Positions 25,101-37,690 of a stretch of 64,000 bases of DNA are shown here, piece after piece. The notes under the pieces are model-generated. The model saw nothing but the letters and a program-made list of their open reading frames with translations. It ran no database searches and was not told the origin of the DNA. Where the stretch lies: NCBI GenBank assembly GCA_964016885.1, contig OZ024755.1, positions 42,966,001 through 43,030,000 on the forward strand, in the 5' to 3' direction. A program made the translations under genes and the position numbers. Every line of letters starts with the position of its first letter. Position 1 is the first letter of the stretch. This DNA comes from Eledone cirrhosa (lineage: Eukaryota).

Positions 25101-28100
25101 GTGATGGTAAGGGTGTTGGGTGTGGAGGTGATTATGGGCTGTGTGTGATGGTGAGGGTGCTGGGTGTGGAGGTGGTTATGGGCTGTGTGTGATTGTAAGG
25201 GTGTTGGGTGTGCAGTTGGTTATGGGCTCTGTGTGATGGTGAGGGTGCTGGGTGTGGAGGTGGTTATGGGCTGTGTGTGATGGTGAGGGTGCTGGGTGTG
25301 GAGGTGGTTATGGGCTGTGTGTGATGGTAAGGGTGTTGGGTGTGCAGTTGGTTATGGGCTGTGTGTGATGGTGAGGGTGTTGGGTGTGGCGGTGGTTATG
25401 GGCTGTGTGTGATGGTGAGGGTGTTGGGTGTGGAGTTGGTTATGGGCTGTGTGTGATGGTGAGGGTGTTGGTTGTGGAGGTGGTTATGGGCTGTGTGTGA
25501 TGGTGAGGGTGTTGGGTGTGGAGGTGGTTATGGGCTGTGTGTGATGGTGAGGGTGCTGGGTGTGAAGGTGGTTATGGGCTGTGTGTGATGGTGAGGGTGC
25601 TGGGTGTGGAAGTGGTTATGGGCTGTGTGTGATGGTGAGGGTGCTGGGTGTGGAGGTGGTTATGGGCTGTGTGTGATGGTGAGGGTGTTGGGTGTGTAGG
25701 TGGTTATGGGCTGTGTGTGATGGTGGGGGTGTTGGATGTGGAGATGGTTATGGGCTGTGTGTGATGGTGAGGGTGCTGGGTGTGGAGGTGGTTATGGGCT
25801 GTGTGTGATGGTGTGGGTGCTGGGTGTGGTGGTGGTTATGGGCTGTGTGTGATGGTGAGGGTGGTGGGTGTGGAGGTGGTTATGGGCTGTGTGTGATGGT
25901 GAGGGTGCTGGGTGTGGAGGTGGTTATGGGCTGTGTGTGATGGTGAGGGTGCTGGGTGTGGAGGTGGTTATGTGCTGTGTGTGATGGTGAGGGTGTTGGG
26001 TGTGGAGGTGGTTATGTGCTGTGTGTGATGGTGAGGGTGCTGGGTGTGGAGGTGGTTATGGGCTGTGTGTGATGGTGAGGGTGTTGGGTGTGGGGGTGGA
26101 TATGTGCTGTGTGTGATGGTGAGGGTGCTGGGTGTGGATGTGGTTATGGGTTGTGTGTGATGGTGAGGGTGTTGGGTGTGGAGATGGTTATGTGCTGTGG
26201 ATGATGGTGGGGGTGTTGGGTGTGGAGCTGATTATGGGCTGTGTGTGAGGGTGCTGGGTGTGGAGGTGATTATGGGCTGTGTGTGATGGTGAGGGTGTTG
26301 GGTGTGGAGGTGGTTATGGGCTGTGTGTGATGGTGAGGGTGCTGGGTGTGGAGGTGGTTATGGGCTGTGTGTGATGGTGTTGGGTGTGGAGGTGGTTATG
26401 TGCTGTGTGTGATGGTGGGGGTGTTGGGTGTGGAGGTGGTTATGGGCTGTGTGTGATGGTGAGGGTGCTGGGTGTGGAGGTGGTTATGGGCTGTGTGTGA
26501 TGGTGAGGGTGTTAGGTGTGGAGGTGGTTATGGGCTGTGTGTGATGGTGAGGCTGCTGGGTGTGGAGGTGGTTATGGGCTGTGTGTGATGGTGAGGGTGC
26601 TGGGTGTGGAGGTGGTTATGGGCTGTGTGTGATGGTGAGGGTGCTGGGTGTGGAGGTGGTTATGGGCTGTGTGTGATGGTGTTGGGTGTGGAGGTGGTTA
26701 TGTGCTGTGTGTGATGGTGGGGGTGTTGGGTGTGGAGGTGGTTATGGGCTGTGTGTGATGGTGAGGGTGCTGGGTGTGGAGGTGGTTATGGGCTGTGTGT
26801 GATGGTGAGGGTGCTGGGTGTGGAGGTGGTTATGGGCTGTGTGTGATGGTGAGGGTGTTAGGTGTGGAGGTGATTATGGGCTGTGTGTGATGGTGAGGCT
26901 GCTGGGTGTGGAGGTGGTTATGGGCTGTGTGTGATGGTGAGGGTGCTGGGTGTGGAGGTGGTTATGGGCTGTGTGTGATGGTGAGGGTGTTGGGTGTGAA
27001 GGTGGTTATGGGCTGTGTGTGATGGTGAGGGTGTTGGGTGTGGAGCTGGTTATGGGCTGTGTGTGATGGTGAGGGTGTTGGGTGTGGAGGTGGTTATGGG
27101 CTGTGTGTGATGGTGAGGGTGTTGGGTGTGGAAGTGGTTATGGGCTGTGTGTGATAGTGAGGGTGTTGGGTGTGGAGGTGGTTATGGGCTGTGTGTGATG
27201 GTGAGGGTGCTGGGTGTGAAGTTGGTTATGGGCTGTGTGTGATGGTGAGGGTGCTGGGTGTGGAGGTGGTTATGGGCTGTGTGTGATGGTGAGGGTGTTG
27301 GGTGTGGAGGTGGTTATGAGCTGTGTGTGATGGTAAGGGTGTTGTGTGTGGAGGTGATTATGGGCTGTGTGTGATGGTGAGGGTGCTGGGTGTGGAGGTG
27401 GTTATGGGCTCTGTGTGATAGTGAGGGTGCTGGGTGTGGAGGTGGTTATGGGCTGTGTGTGATGGTGTTGGGTGTGGAGGTGGTTATGTGCTGTGTGTGA
27501 TGGTGGGGGTGTTGGGTGTGGAGGTGGTTATGGGCTGTGTGTGATGGTGAGGGTGCTGGGTGTGGAGGTGGTTATGGGCTGTGTGTGATGGTGAGGGTGC
27601 TGGGTGTGGAGGTGGTTATGGGCTGTGTGTGATGGTGAGGGTGTTAGGTGTGGAGGTGGTTATGGGCTGTGTGTGATGGTGGGGGTGTTGGGTGTGGAGG
27701 TGGTTATGGGCTGTGTGTGATGGTGAGGGTGTGGGGGTGGTTATGTGCTGTGTGTGATGGTGAGGGTGCTGGGTGTGGAGGTGGTTATGGGTTGTGTGTG
27801 ATTGTGAGGGTGTTGGGTGTGAAGATGGTTATGTGCTGTGTATGATGGTGGGGGTGTTGGGTGTGGAGCTGATTATGGGCTGTGTGTGAGGGTGCTGGGT
27901 GTGGAGGTGATTATGGGCTGTGTGTGATGGTGAGGGTGTTGGGTGTGGAGCTGATTATGGGCTGTGTGTGAGGGTGTTGGGTGTGGAGGTGGTTATGGGC
28001 TGTGTGTGATGGTGAGGGTGTTGGGTGTGAAGGTGGTTATGGGCTGTGTGTGATGGTGAGGGTGTTGGGTGTGGAGGTGGTTATGTGCTGTGTGTCATGG

Positions 28101-29427
28101 TGAGGGTGTTGGGTGTGGAGACTGTTATGGGCTGTGTGTGATGGTGAGGGTGTTGGGTGTGGAGGTGGTTATGGGCTGTGTGTGATGGTGAGGGTGCTGG
28201 GTGTGAAGGTGGTTATGGGCTGTGTGTGATGGTGAGGGTGTTGGGTGTGGAGATGGTTATGGGCTGTGTGTGATGGTGAGGGTGTTGGGTGTGGAGGTGG
28301 TTATGGGCTATGTGTGATGGTAAGGGTGTTGGGTGTGGAGGTGGTTATGGGCTGTGTGTGATGGTGAGTGTGTTGGGTGTGGAGGTGGTTATGGGCTGTG
28401 TGTGATGGTAAGGGTGTTAGGTGTGGAGGTGGTTATGGGCTGTGTGTGATGGTGAGGGTGTTGGGTGTGGAGGTGGTTATGGGCTGTGTGTGATGGTGAT
28501 GGTGCTGGGTGTGGAAGTGGTTATGGGCTGTGTGTGATGGTAAGGGTGTTGGGTGTGGAGGTGGTTATGGGCTGTGTGTGATGGTGAGGGTGTTGGGTGT
28601 GGAGGTGGTTATGAGCTGTGTGTGATGGTAAGGGTGTTGGGTGTGGAGGTGATTATGGGCTGTGTGTGATGGTGAGGGTGCTGGGTGTGGAGGTGGTTAT
28701 GGGCTGTGTGTGATGGTGAGGGTGTTGGGTGTGGAGGTGGTTATGGGCTGTGTGTGATGGTAAGGGTGTTGGGTGTGGAGGTGGTTATGGGCTGTGTGTG
28801 ATGGTAAGGGTGTTGGGTGTGGAGGTGGTTATGGGCTGTGTGTGATGGTGAGGGTGTTGGGTGTGGAGGTGGTAATGGGCTGTGTGTGATGGTGAGGGTG
28901 CTGGGTGTGGAGGTGGTTATGGGCTGTGTGTGATGTTAAGGGTGTTGGGTGTGGAGGTGGTTATGGGCTGTGTGTGATGGTGAGGGTGTTGGGTGTGGAG
29001 GTGGTTATGGGCTGTGTGTGATGGTGAGGGTGTTGGGTGTGGAGGTGGTTATGTGCTGTGTGTGATGGTGAGGGTGCTGGGTTGAAGGTGGTTATGGGCT
29101 GTGTGTGATGGTAAGGGTGTTGGGTGTGGAGGTGGTTATGGGCTGTGTGTGATGGTGAGGGTGTTGGGTGTGGAGGTGGTTATGGGCTGTGTGTGATGGT
29201 GAGGGTGTTGGGTGTGGATGTGGTTATGGGCTGTGTGTGATGGTGAGGGTGTTGGGTGTGGAGGTGGTTATGGGCTGTGTGTGATGGTGAGGGTGTTGGG
29301 TGTGGAGGTGGTTATGGGCTGTGTGTGATGGTGAGGGTGCTGGGTGTGAAGGTGGTTATGGGCTGTGTGTGATGGTGAGGGTGCTGGGTGTGGGGGTGGT
29401 TATGCGCTGTGTGTGATGGTGAGGTGT

Positions 29428-32400
29428 GTTGGGTGTGGAGGTGGTTATGGGCTGTGTGTGATGGTGAGGGTGTTGGGTGTAGAGGTGGTTATGTGCTGCG
29501 TGTGATGGTGAGGGTGCTGGGTGTGAAGGTGGTTTTGGGCTGTGTGTGATGGTAAGGGTGTTGGGTGTGCAGGTGGTTATGGGCTGTGTGTGATGGTGAG
29601 GGTGTTGGAAGTGGAGGTGGTTATGGGCTGTGTGTGATGGTGAGGGTGTTGGGTGTGGAGGTGGTTATGGGCTGTGTGTGAGGGTGTTGGGTGTGGAGGT
29701 GGTTATGGGCTGTGTGTGATGGTGAGGGTGTTGGGTGTGGAGGTGGTTATGGGCTGTGTGTGATGGTGATGGTGCTGGGTGTGAAGGTGGTTATGGGCTG
29801 TGTGTGATGGTGAGGGTGCTGGGTGTGGAGGTGGTTATGGGCTGTGTGTGATGGTGAGGGTGTTGGGTGTGGAGGTGGTTATGGGCTGTGTGTGATGGTG
29901 GGGGTGTTGGGTGTGGAGGTGGTTATGGGCTGTGTGTGATGGTGAGGGTGTGGGGGTGGTTATGTGCTGTGTGTGATGGTGAGGGTGCTGGGTGTGGAGG
30001 TGGTAATGGGTTGTGTGTGATGGTGAGGGTGTTGGGTGTGAAGGTGGTTATGTGCTGTGTATGATGGTGGGGGTGTTGGGTGTGGAGCTGATTATGGGCT
30101 GTGTGTGAGGGTGCTGGGTGTGGAGGTGATTATGGGCTGTGTGTGATGGTGAGGGTGTTGGATGTGGAGCTGATTATGGGCTGTGTGTGAGGGTGTTGGG
30201 TGTGGAGGTGGTTATGGGCTGTGTGTGATGGTGAGGGTGTTGGGTGTGAAGGTGGTTATGGGCTGTGTGTGATGGTGAGGGTGTTGGGTGTGGAGACTGT
30301 TATGGGCTGTGTGTGATGGTGAGGGTGTTGGGTGTGGAGGTGGTTATGTGCTGTGTGTCATGGTGAGGGTGTTGGGTGTGGAGACTGTTATGGGCTGTGT
30401 GTGATGGTGAGGGTGTTGGGTGTGGAGGTGGTTATGGGCTGTGTGTGCTGGTGAGGGTGCTGGGTGTGAAGGTGGTTATGGGCTGTGTGTGATGGTGAGG
30501 GTGTTGGGTGTGGAGATGGTTATGGGCTGTGTGTGATGGTGAGGGTGTTGGGTGTGGAGGTGGTTATGGGCTATGTGTGATGGTAAGGGTGTTGGGTGTG
30601 GAGGTGGTTATGGGCTGTGTGTGATGGTGAGTGTGTCGGGTGTGGAGGTGGTTATGGGCTGTGTGTGATGGTAAGGGTGTTGGTGTGGGGGTGGTTATGG
30701 GCTGTGTGTGATGGTGAGGGTGTTGGGTGTGGAGGTGGTTATGGGCTGTGTGTGATGGTGATGGTGCTGGGTGTGGAAGTGGTTATGGGCTGTGTGTGAT
30801 GGTAAGGGTGTTGGGTGTGGAGGTGGTTATGGGCTGTGTGTGATGGTGAGGGTGTTGGGTGTGGAGGTGGTTATGAGCTGTGTGTGATGGTAAGGGTGTT
30901 GGGTGTGGAGGTGATTATGGGCTGTGTGTGATGGTAAGGGTGTTGGGTGTGGAGGTGGTTATGGGCTGTGTGTGATGGTGAGGGTGTTGGGTGTAGAGGT
31001 GGTTATGTGCTGCGTGTGATGGTGAGGGTGCTGGGTGTGAAGGTGGTTTTGGGCTGTGTGTGATGGTAAGGGTGTTGGGTGTGCAGGTGGTTATGGGCTG
31101 TGTGTGATGGTGAGGGTGTTGGAAGTGGAGGTGGTTATGGGCTGTGTGTGATGGTGAGGGTGTTGGGTGTGGAGGTGGTTATGGGCTGTGTGTGAGGGTG
31201 TTGGGTGTGGAGGTGGTTATGGGCTGTGTGTGATGGTGAGGGTGTTGGGTGTGGAGGTGGTTATGGGCTGTGTGTGATGGTGATGGTGCTGGGTGTGAAG
31301 GTGGTTATGGGCTGTGTGTGATGGTGAGGGTGCTGGGTGTGGAGGTGGTTATGGGCTGTGTGTGATGGTGAGGGTGTTGGGTGTGGAGGTGGTTATGGGC
31401 TGTGTGTGATGGTGGGGGTGTTGGGTGTGGAGGTGGTTATGGGCTGTGTGTGATGGTGAGGGTGTGGGGGTGGTTATGTGCTGTGTGTGATGGTGAGGGT
31501 GCTGGGTGTGGAGGTGGTAATGGGTTGTGTGTGATGGTGAGGGTGTTGGGTGTGAAGGTGGTTATGTGCTGTGTATGATGGTGGGGGTGTTGGGTGTGGA
31601 GCTGATTATGGGCTGTGTGTGAGGGTGCTGGGTGTGGAGGTGATTATGGGCTGTGTGTGATGGTGAGGGTGTTGGGTGTGGAGCTGATTATGGGCTGTGT
31701 GTGAGGGTGTTGGGTGTGGAGGTGGTTATGGGCTGTGTGTGATGGTGAGGGTGTTGGGTGTGAAGGTGGTTATGGGCTGTGTGTGATGGTGAGGGTGTTG
31801 GGTGTGGAGACTGTTATGGGCTGTGTGTGATGGTGAGGGTGTTGGGTGTGGAGGTGGTTATGTGCTGTGTGTCATGGTGAGGGTGTTGGGTGTGGAGACT
31901 GTTATGGGCTGTGTGTGATGGTGAGGGTGTTGGGTGTGGAGGTGGTTATGGGCTGTGTGTGCTGGTGAGGGTGCTGGGTGTGAAGGTGGTTATGGGCTGT
32001 GTGTGATGGTGAGGGTGTTGGGTGTGGAGATGGTTATGGGCTGTGTGTGATGGTGAGGGTGTTGGGTGTGGAGGTGGTTATGGGCTATGTGTGATGGTAA
32101 GGGTGTTGGGTGTGGAGGTGGTTATGGGCTGTGTGTGATGGTGAGTGTGTCGGGTGTGGAGGTGGTTATGGGCTGTGTGTGATGGTAAGGGTGTTGGTGT
32201 GGGGGTGGTTATGGGCTGTGTGTGATGGTGAGGGTGTTGGGTGTGGAGGTGGTTATGGGCTGTGTGTGATGGTGATGGTGCTGGGTGTGGAAGTGGTTAT
32301 GGGCTGTGTGTGATGGTAAGGGTGTTGGGTGTGGAGGTGGTTATGGGCTGTGTGTGATGGTGAGGGTGTTGGGTGTGGAGGTGGTTATGAGCTGTGTGTG

Positions 32401-32449
32401 ATGGTAAGGGTGTTGGGTGTGGAGGTGATTATGGGCTGTGTGTGATGGT
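29428..32449 (+). repeat. Near-perfect tandem duplication, period 1514 bp (35 monomers)
   Basis: gtgtagagg 29481/30995, plus ggttttggg, gtgcagg, ttggaagtgg, gagactgtt and gtgtcggg in the same order. ORF pairs 29867/31381 and 30596/32110. 35x44-26 = 1514. One difference noticed (30162 a vs 31676 g). Confidence 0.93.
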
Positions 32450-35400
32450 GAGGGTGCTGGGTGTGGAGGTGGTTATGGGCTGTGTGTGATGGTAAGGGTG
32501 TTGGGTGTGGAGGTGGTTATGGGCTGTGTGTGATGGTAAGGGTGTTGGGTGTGGAGGTGGTTATGGGCTGTGTGTGATGGTGAGGGTGTTGGGTGTGGAG
32601 GTGGTAATGGGCTGTGTGTGATGGTGAGGGTGCTGGGTGTGGAGGTGGTTATGGGCTGTGTGTGATGTTAAGGGTGTTGGGTGTGGAGGTGGTTATGGGC
32701 TGTGTGTGATGGTGAGGGTGTTGGGTGTGGAGGTGGTTATGGGCTGTGTGTGATGGTGAGGGTGTTGGGTGTGGAGGTGGTTATGTGCTGTGTGTGATGG
32801 TAAGGGTGTTGGGTGTGGAGGTGGTTATGGGCTGTGTGTGATGGTGAGGGTGTTGGGTGTGGAGGTGGTTATGGGCTGTGTGTGATGGTGAGGGTGTTGG
32901 GTGTGGATGTGGTTATGTGCTGTGTGTGATGGTGAGGGTGTTGGATGTGGAGGTGGTTATGGGCTGTGTGTGATGGTGAGGGTGTTGGGTGTGGATGTGG
33001 TTATGGGCTGTGTGTGATGGTGAGGGTGTTGGGTGTGGAGGTGGTTATGGGCTGTGTGTGATGGTGAGGGTGCTGGGTGTGAAGGTGGTTATGGGCTGTG
33101 TGTGATGGTGAGGGTGTTGGGTGTGGAGGTGGTTATGGGCTGTGTGTGATGGTGAGGGTGTTGGGTGTGGAGGTGGTTATGGGCTGTGTGTGATGGTGAG
33201 GGTGCTGGGTGTGAAGGTGGTTATGGGCTGTGTGTGATGGTGAGGGTGCTGGGTGTGGGGGTGGTTATGCGCTGTGTGTGATGGTGAGGGTGTTGGGTGT
33301 GGAGGTGGTTATGGGCTGTGTGTGATGGTGGGGGTGTTGGGTGTGGAGGTGGTTATGGGCTGTGTGATGGTGAGGGTGTTGGGTGTGAAGGTGGTTATGG
33401 GCTGTGTTATGGTGAGGGTGTTAGGTGTGGAGGTGGTTATGGGCTGTGTGTGATGGTGAGGGTGCTGGGTGTGGAGGTGGTTATGGGCTGTGTGTGATGG
33501 TGAGGGTGTTAGGTGTGGAGGTGGTTATGGGCTGTGTGTGATGGTGAAGGTGTTGGGTGTGAAGGTGGTTATGGGCTGTGTGTGATGGTGAGGGTGTTGG
33601 GTGTGAAGGTGGTTATGGGCTGTGTGTGATGGTGAGGGTGTTGGGTGTGGAGGTGGTTATGGGCTGTGTGTGATGGTGAGGGTGTTGGGTGTGGAGGTGG
33701 TAATGGGCTGTGTGTGAGGGTGCTGGGTGTGGAGGTGATTATGGGCTGTGTGTGATGGTGAGGGTGTTGGGTGTGGAGCTGATTATGGGCTGTGTGTGAG
33801 GGTGTTGGGTGTGGAGGTGGTTATGGGCTGTGTGTGATGGTGAGGGTGTTGGGTGTGAAGGTGGTTATGGGCTGTGTGTGATGGTGAGGGTGTTGGGTGT
33901 GGAGGTGGTTATGTGCTGTGTGTCATGGTGAGGGTGTTGGGTGTGGAGACTGTTATGGGCTGTGTGTGATGGTGAGGGTGTTGGGTGTGGAGGTGGTTAT
34001 GGGCTGTGTGTGATGGTGAGGGTGCTGGGTGTGAAGGTGGTTATGGGCTGTGTGTGATGGTGAGGGTGTTGGGTGTGGAGATGGTTATGGGCTGTGTGTG
34101 ATGGTGAGGGTGTTGGGTGTGGAGGTGGTTATGGGCTATGTGTGATGGTAAGGGTGTTGGGTGTGGAGGTGGTTATGGGCTGTGTGTGATGGTGAGTGTG
34201 TTGGGTGTGGAGGTGGTTATGGGCTGTGTGTGATGGTAAGGGTGTTAGGTGTGGAGGTGGTTATGGGCTGTGTGTGATGGTGAGGGTGTTGGGTGTGGAG
34301 GTGGTTATGGGCTGTGTGTGATGGTGATGGTGCTGGGTGTGGAAGTGGTTATGGGCTGTGTGTGATGGTAAGGGTGTTGGGTGTGGAGGTGGTTATGGGC
34401 TGTGTGTGATGGTGAGGGTGTTGGGTGTGGAGGTGGTTATGAGCTGTGTGTGATGGTAAGGGTGTTGGGTGTGGAGGTGATTATGGGCTGTGTGTGATGG
34501 TGAGGGTGCTGGGTGTGGAGGTGGTTATGGGCTGTGTGTGATGGTGAGGGTGTTGGGTGTGGAGGTGGTTATGGGCTGTGTGTGATGGTAAGGGTGTTGG
34601 GTGTGGAGGTGGTTATGGGCTGTGTGTGATGGTAAGGGTGTTGGGTGTGGAGGTGGTTATGGGCTGTGTGTGATGGTGAGGGTGTTGGGTGTGGAGGTGG
34701 TTATGGGCTGTGTGTGATGGTGAGGGTGTTGGGTGTGGATGTGGTTATGGGCTGTGTGTGATGGTGAGGGTGTTGGGTGTGGAGGTGGTTATGGGCTGTG
34801 TGTGATGGTGAGGGTGTTGGGTGTGGAGGTGGTTATGGGCTGTGTGTGATGGTGAGGGTGCTGGGTGTGAAGGTGGTTATGGGCTGTGTGTGATGGTGAG
34901 GGTGCTGGGTGTGGGGGTGGTTATGCGCTGTGTGTGATGGTGAGGTGTGTTGGGTGTGGAGGTGGTTATGGGCTGTGTGTGATGGTGAGGGTGTTGGGTG
35001 TAGAGGTGGTTATGTGCTGCGTGTGATGGTGAGGGTGCTGGGTGTGAAGGTGGTTTTGGGCTGTGTGTGATGGTAAGGGTGTTGGGTGTGCAGGTGGTTA
35101 TGGGCTGTGTGTGATGGTGAGGGTGTTGGAAGTGGAGGTGGTTATGGGCTGTGTGTGATGGTGAGGGTGTTGGGTGTGGAGGTGGTTATGGGCTGTGTGT
35201 GAGGGTGTTGGGTGTGGAGGTGGTTATGGGCTGTGTGTGATGGTGAGGGTGTTGGGTGTGGAGGTGGTTATGGGCTGTGTGTGATGGTGATGGTGCTGGG
35301 TGTGAAGGTGGTTATGGGCTGTGTGTGATGGTGAGGGTGCTGGGTGTGGAGGTGGTTATGGGCTGTGTGTGATGGTGAGGGTGTTGGGTGTGGAGGTGGT

Positions 35401-37520
35401 TATGGGCTGTGTGTGATGGTGGGGGTGTTGGGTGTGGAGGTGGTTATGGGCTGTGTGTGATGGTGAGGGTGTGGGGGTGGTTATGTGCTGTGTGTGATGG
35501 TGAGGGTGCTGGGTGTGGAGGTGGTAATGGGTTGTGTGTGATGGTGAGGGTGTTGGGTGTGAAGGTGGTTATGTGCTGTGTATGATGGTGGGGGTGTTGG
35601 GTGTGGAGCTGATTATGGGCTGTGTGTGAGGGTGCTGGGTGTGGAGGTGATTATGGGCTGTGTGTGATGGTGAGGGTGTTGGGTGTGGAGCTGATTATGG
35701 GCTGTGTGTGAGGGTGTTGGGTGTGGAGGTGGTTATGGGCTGTGTGTGATGGTGAGGGTGTTGGGTGTGAAGGTGGTTATGGGCTGTGTGTGATGGTGAG
35801 GGTGTTGGGTGTGGAGACTGTTATGGGCTGTGTGTGATGGTGAGGGTGTTGGGTGTGGAGGTGGTTATGTGCTGTGTGTCATGGTGAGGGTGTTGGGTGT
35901 GGAGACTGTTATGGGCTGTGTGTGATGGTGAGGGTGTTGGGTGTGGAGGTGGTTATGGGCTGTGTGTGCTGGTGAGGGTGCTGGGTGTGAAGGTGGTTAT
36001 GGGCTGTGTGTGATGGTGAGGGTGTTGGGTGTGGAGATGGTTATGGGCTGTGTGTGATGGTGAGGGTGTTGGGTGTGGAGGTGGTTATGGGCTATGTGTG
36101 ATGGTAAGGGTGTTGGGTGTGGAGGTGGTTATGGGCTGTGTGTGATGGTGAGTGTGTCGGGTGTGGAGGTGGTTAAGGGCTGTGTGTGATGGTAAGGGTG
36201 TTAGGTGTGGAGGTGGTTATGGGCTGTGTGTGATGGTGAGGGTGTTGGGTGTGGAGGTGGTTATGGGCTGTGTGTGATGGTGATGGTGCTGGGTGTGGAA
36301 GTGGTTATGGGCTGTGTGTGATGGTAAGGGTGTTGGGTGTGGAGGTGGTTATGGGCTGTGTGTGATGGTGAGGGTGTTGGGTGTGGAGGTGGTTATGAGC
36401 TGTGTGTGATGGTAAGGGTGTTGGGTGTGGAGGTGATTATGGGCTGTGTGTGATGGTGAGGGTGCTGGGTGTGGAGGTGGTTATGGGCTGTGTGTGATGG
36501 TAAGGGTGTTGGGTGTGGAGGTGGTTATGGGCTGTGTGTGATGGTAAGGGTGTTGGGTGTGGAGGTGGTTATGGGCTGTGTGTGATGGTGAGGGTGTTGG
36601 GTGTGGAGGTGGTAATGGGCTGTGTGTGATGGTGAGGGTGCTGGGTGTGGAGGTGGTTATGGGCTGTGTGTGATGTTAAGGGTGTTGGGTGTGGAGGTGG
36701 TTATGGGCTGTGTGTGATGGTGAGGGTGTTGGGTGTGGAGGTGGTTATGGGCTGTGTGTGATGGTGAGGGTGTTGGGTGTGGAGGTGGTTATGTGCTGTG
36801 TGTGATGGTAAGGGTGTTGGGTGTGGAGGTGGTTATGGGCTGTGTGTGATGGTGAGGGTGTTGGGTGTGGAGGTGGTTATGGGCTGTGTGTGATGGTGAG
36901 GGTGTTGGGTGTGGATGTGGTTATGTGCTGTGTGTGATGGTGAGGGTGTTGGATGTGGAGGTGGTTATGGGCTGTGTGTGATGGTGAGGGTGTTGGGTGT
37001 GGATGTGGTTATGGGCTGTGTGTGATGGTGAGGGTGTTGGGTGTGGAGGTGGTTATGGGCTGTGTGTGATGGTGAGGGTGCTGGGTGTGAAGGTGGTTAT
37101 GGGCTGTGTGTGATGGTGAGGGTGTTGGGTGTGGAGGTGGTTATGGGCTGTGTGTGATGGTGAGGGTGTTGGGTGTGGAGGTGGTTATGGGCTGTGTGTG
37201 ATGGTGAGGGTGCTGGGTGTGAAGGTGGTTATGGGCTGTGTGTGATGGTGAGGGTGCTGGGTGTGGGGGTGGTTATGCGCTGTGTGTGATGGTGAGGGTG
37301 TTGGGTGTGGAGGTGGTTATGGGCTGTGTGTGATGGTGGGGGTGTTGGGTGTGGAGGTGGTTATGGGCTGTGTGATGGTGAGGGTGTTGGGTGTGAAGGT
37401 GGTTATGGGCTGTGTTATGGTGAGGGTGTTAGGTGTGGAGGTGGTTATGGGCTGTGTGTGATGGTGAGGGTGCTGGGTGTGGAGGTGGTTATGGGCTGTG
37501 TGTGATGGTGAGGGTGTTAG
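30945..37520 (+). repeat. Higher-order duplication, offset 4007/4008 bp (~30945-33510 repeated at ~34950-37520)
   Basis: gtgtagagg 30995/35002. ORF pairs 31381/35388 (+4007) and 33253/37261, 33297/37305 (+4008, after the 1-bp deletion near 32196 that the second copy lacks). Confidence 0.88.
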
Positions 37521-37690
37521 GTGTGGAGGTGGTTATGGGCTGTGTGATGGTGAGGGTGTTGGGTGTGAAGGTGGTTATGGGCTGTGTTATGGTGAGGGTG
37601 TTAGGTGTGGAGGTGGTTATGGGCTGTGTGTGATGGTGAGGGTGCTGGGTGTGGAGGTGGATATGGGCTGTGTGTGATGGTGAGGGTGTT
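37345..37690 (+). repeat. Local 4-monomer tandem duplication, period 172 bp
   Basis: Two 2-bp-deleted monomers (gctgtgtgatgg and gctgtgttatgg) occur twice, 172 bp apart (4x44-4); ORFs 37305/37477. Single copy at paralogous sites ~33360, ~41355, ~45630. Confidence 0.85.
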
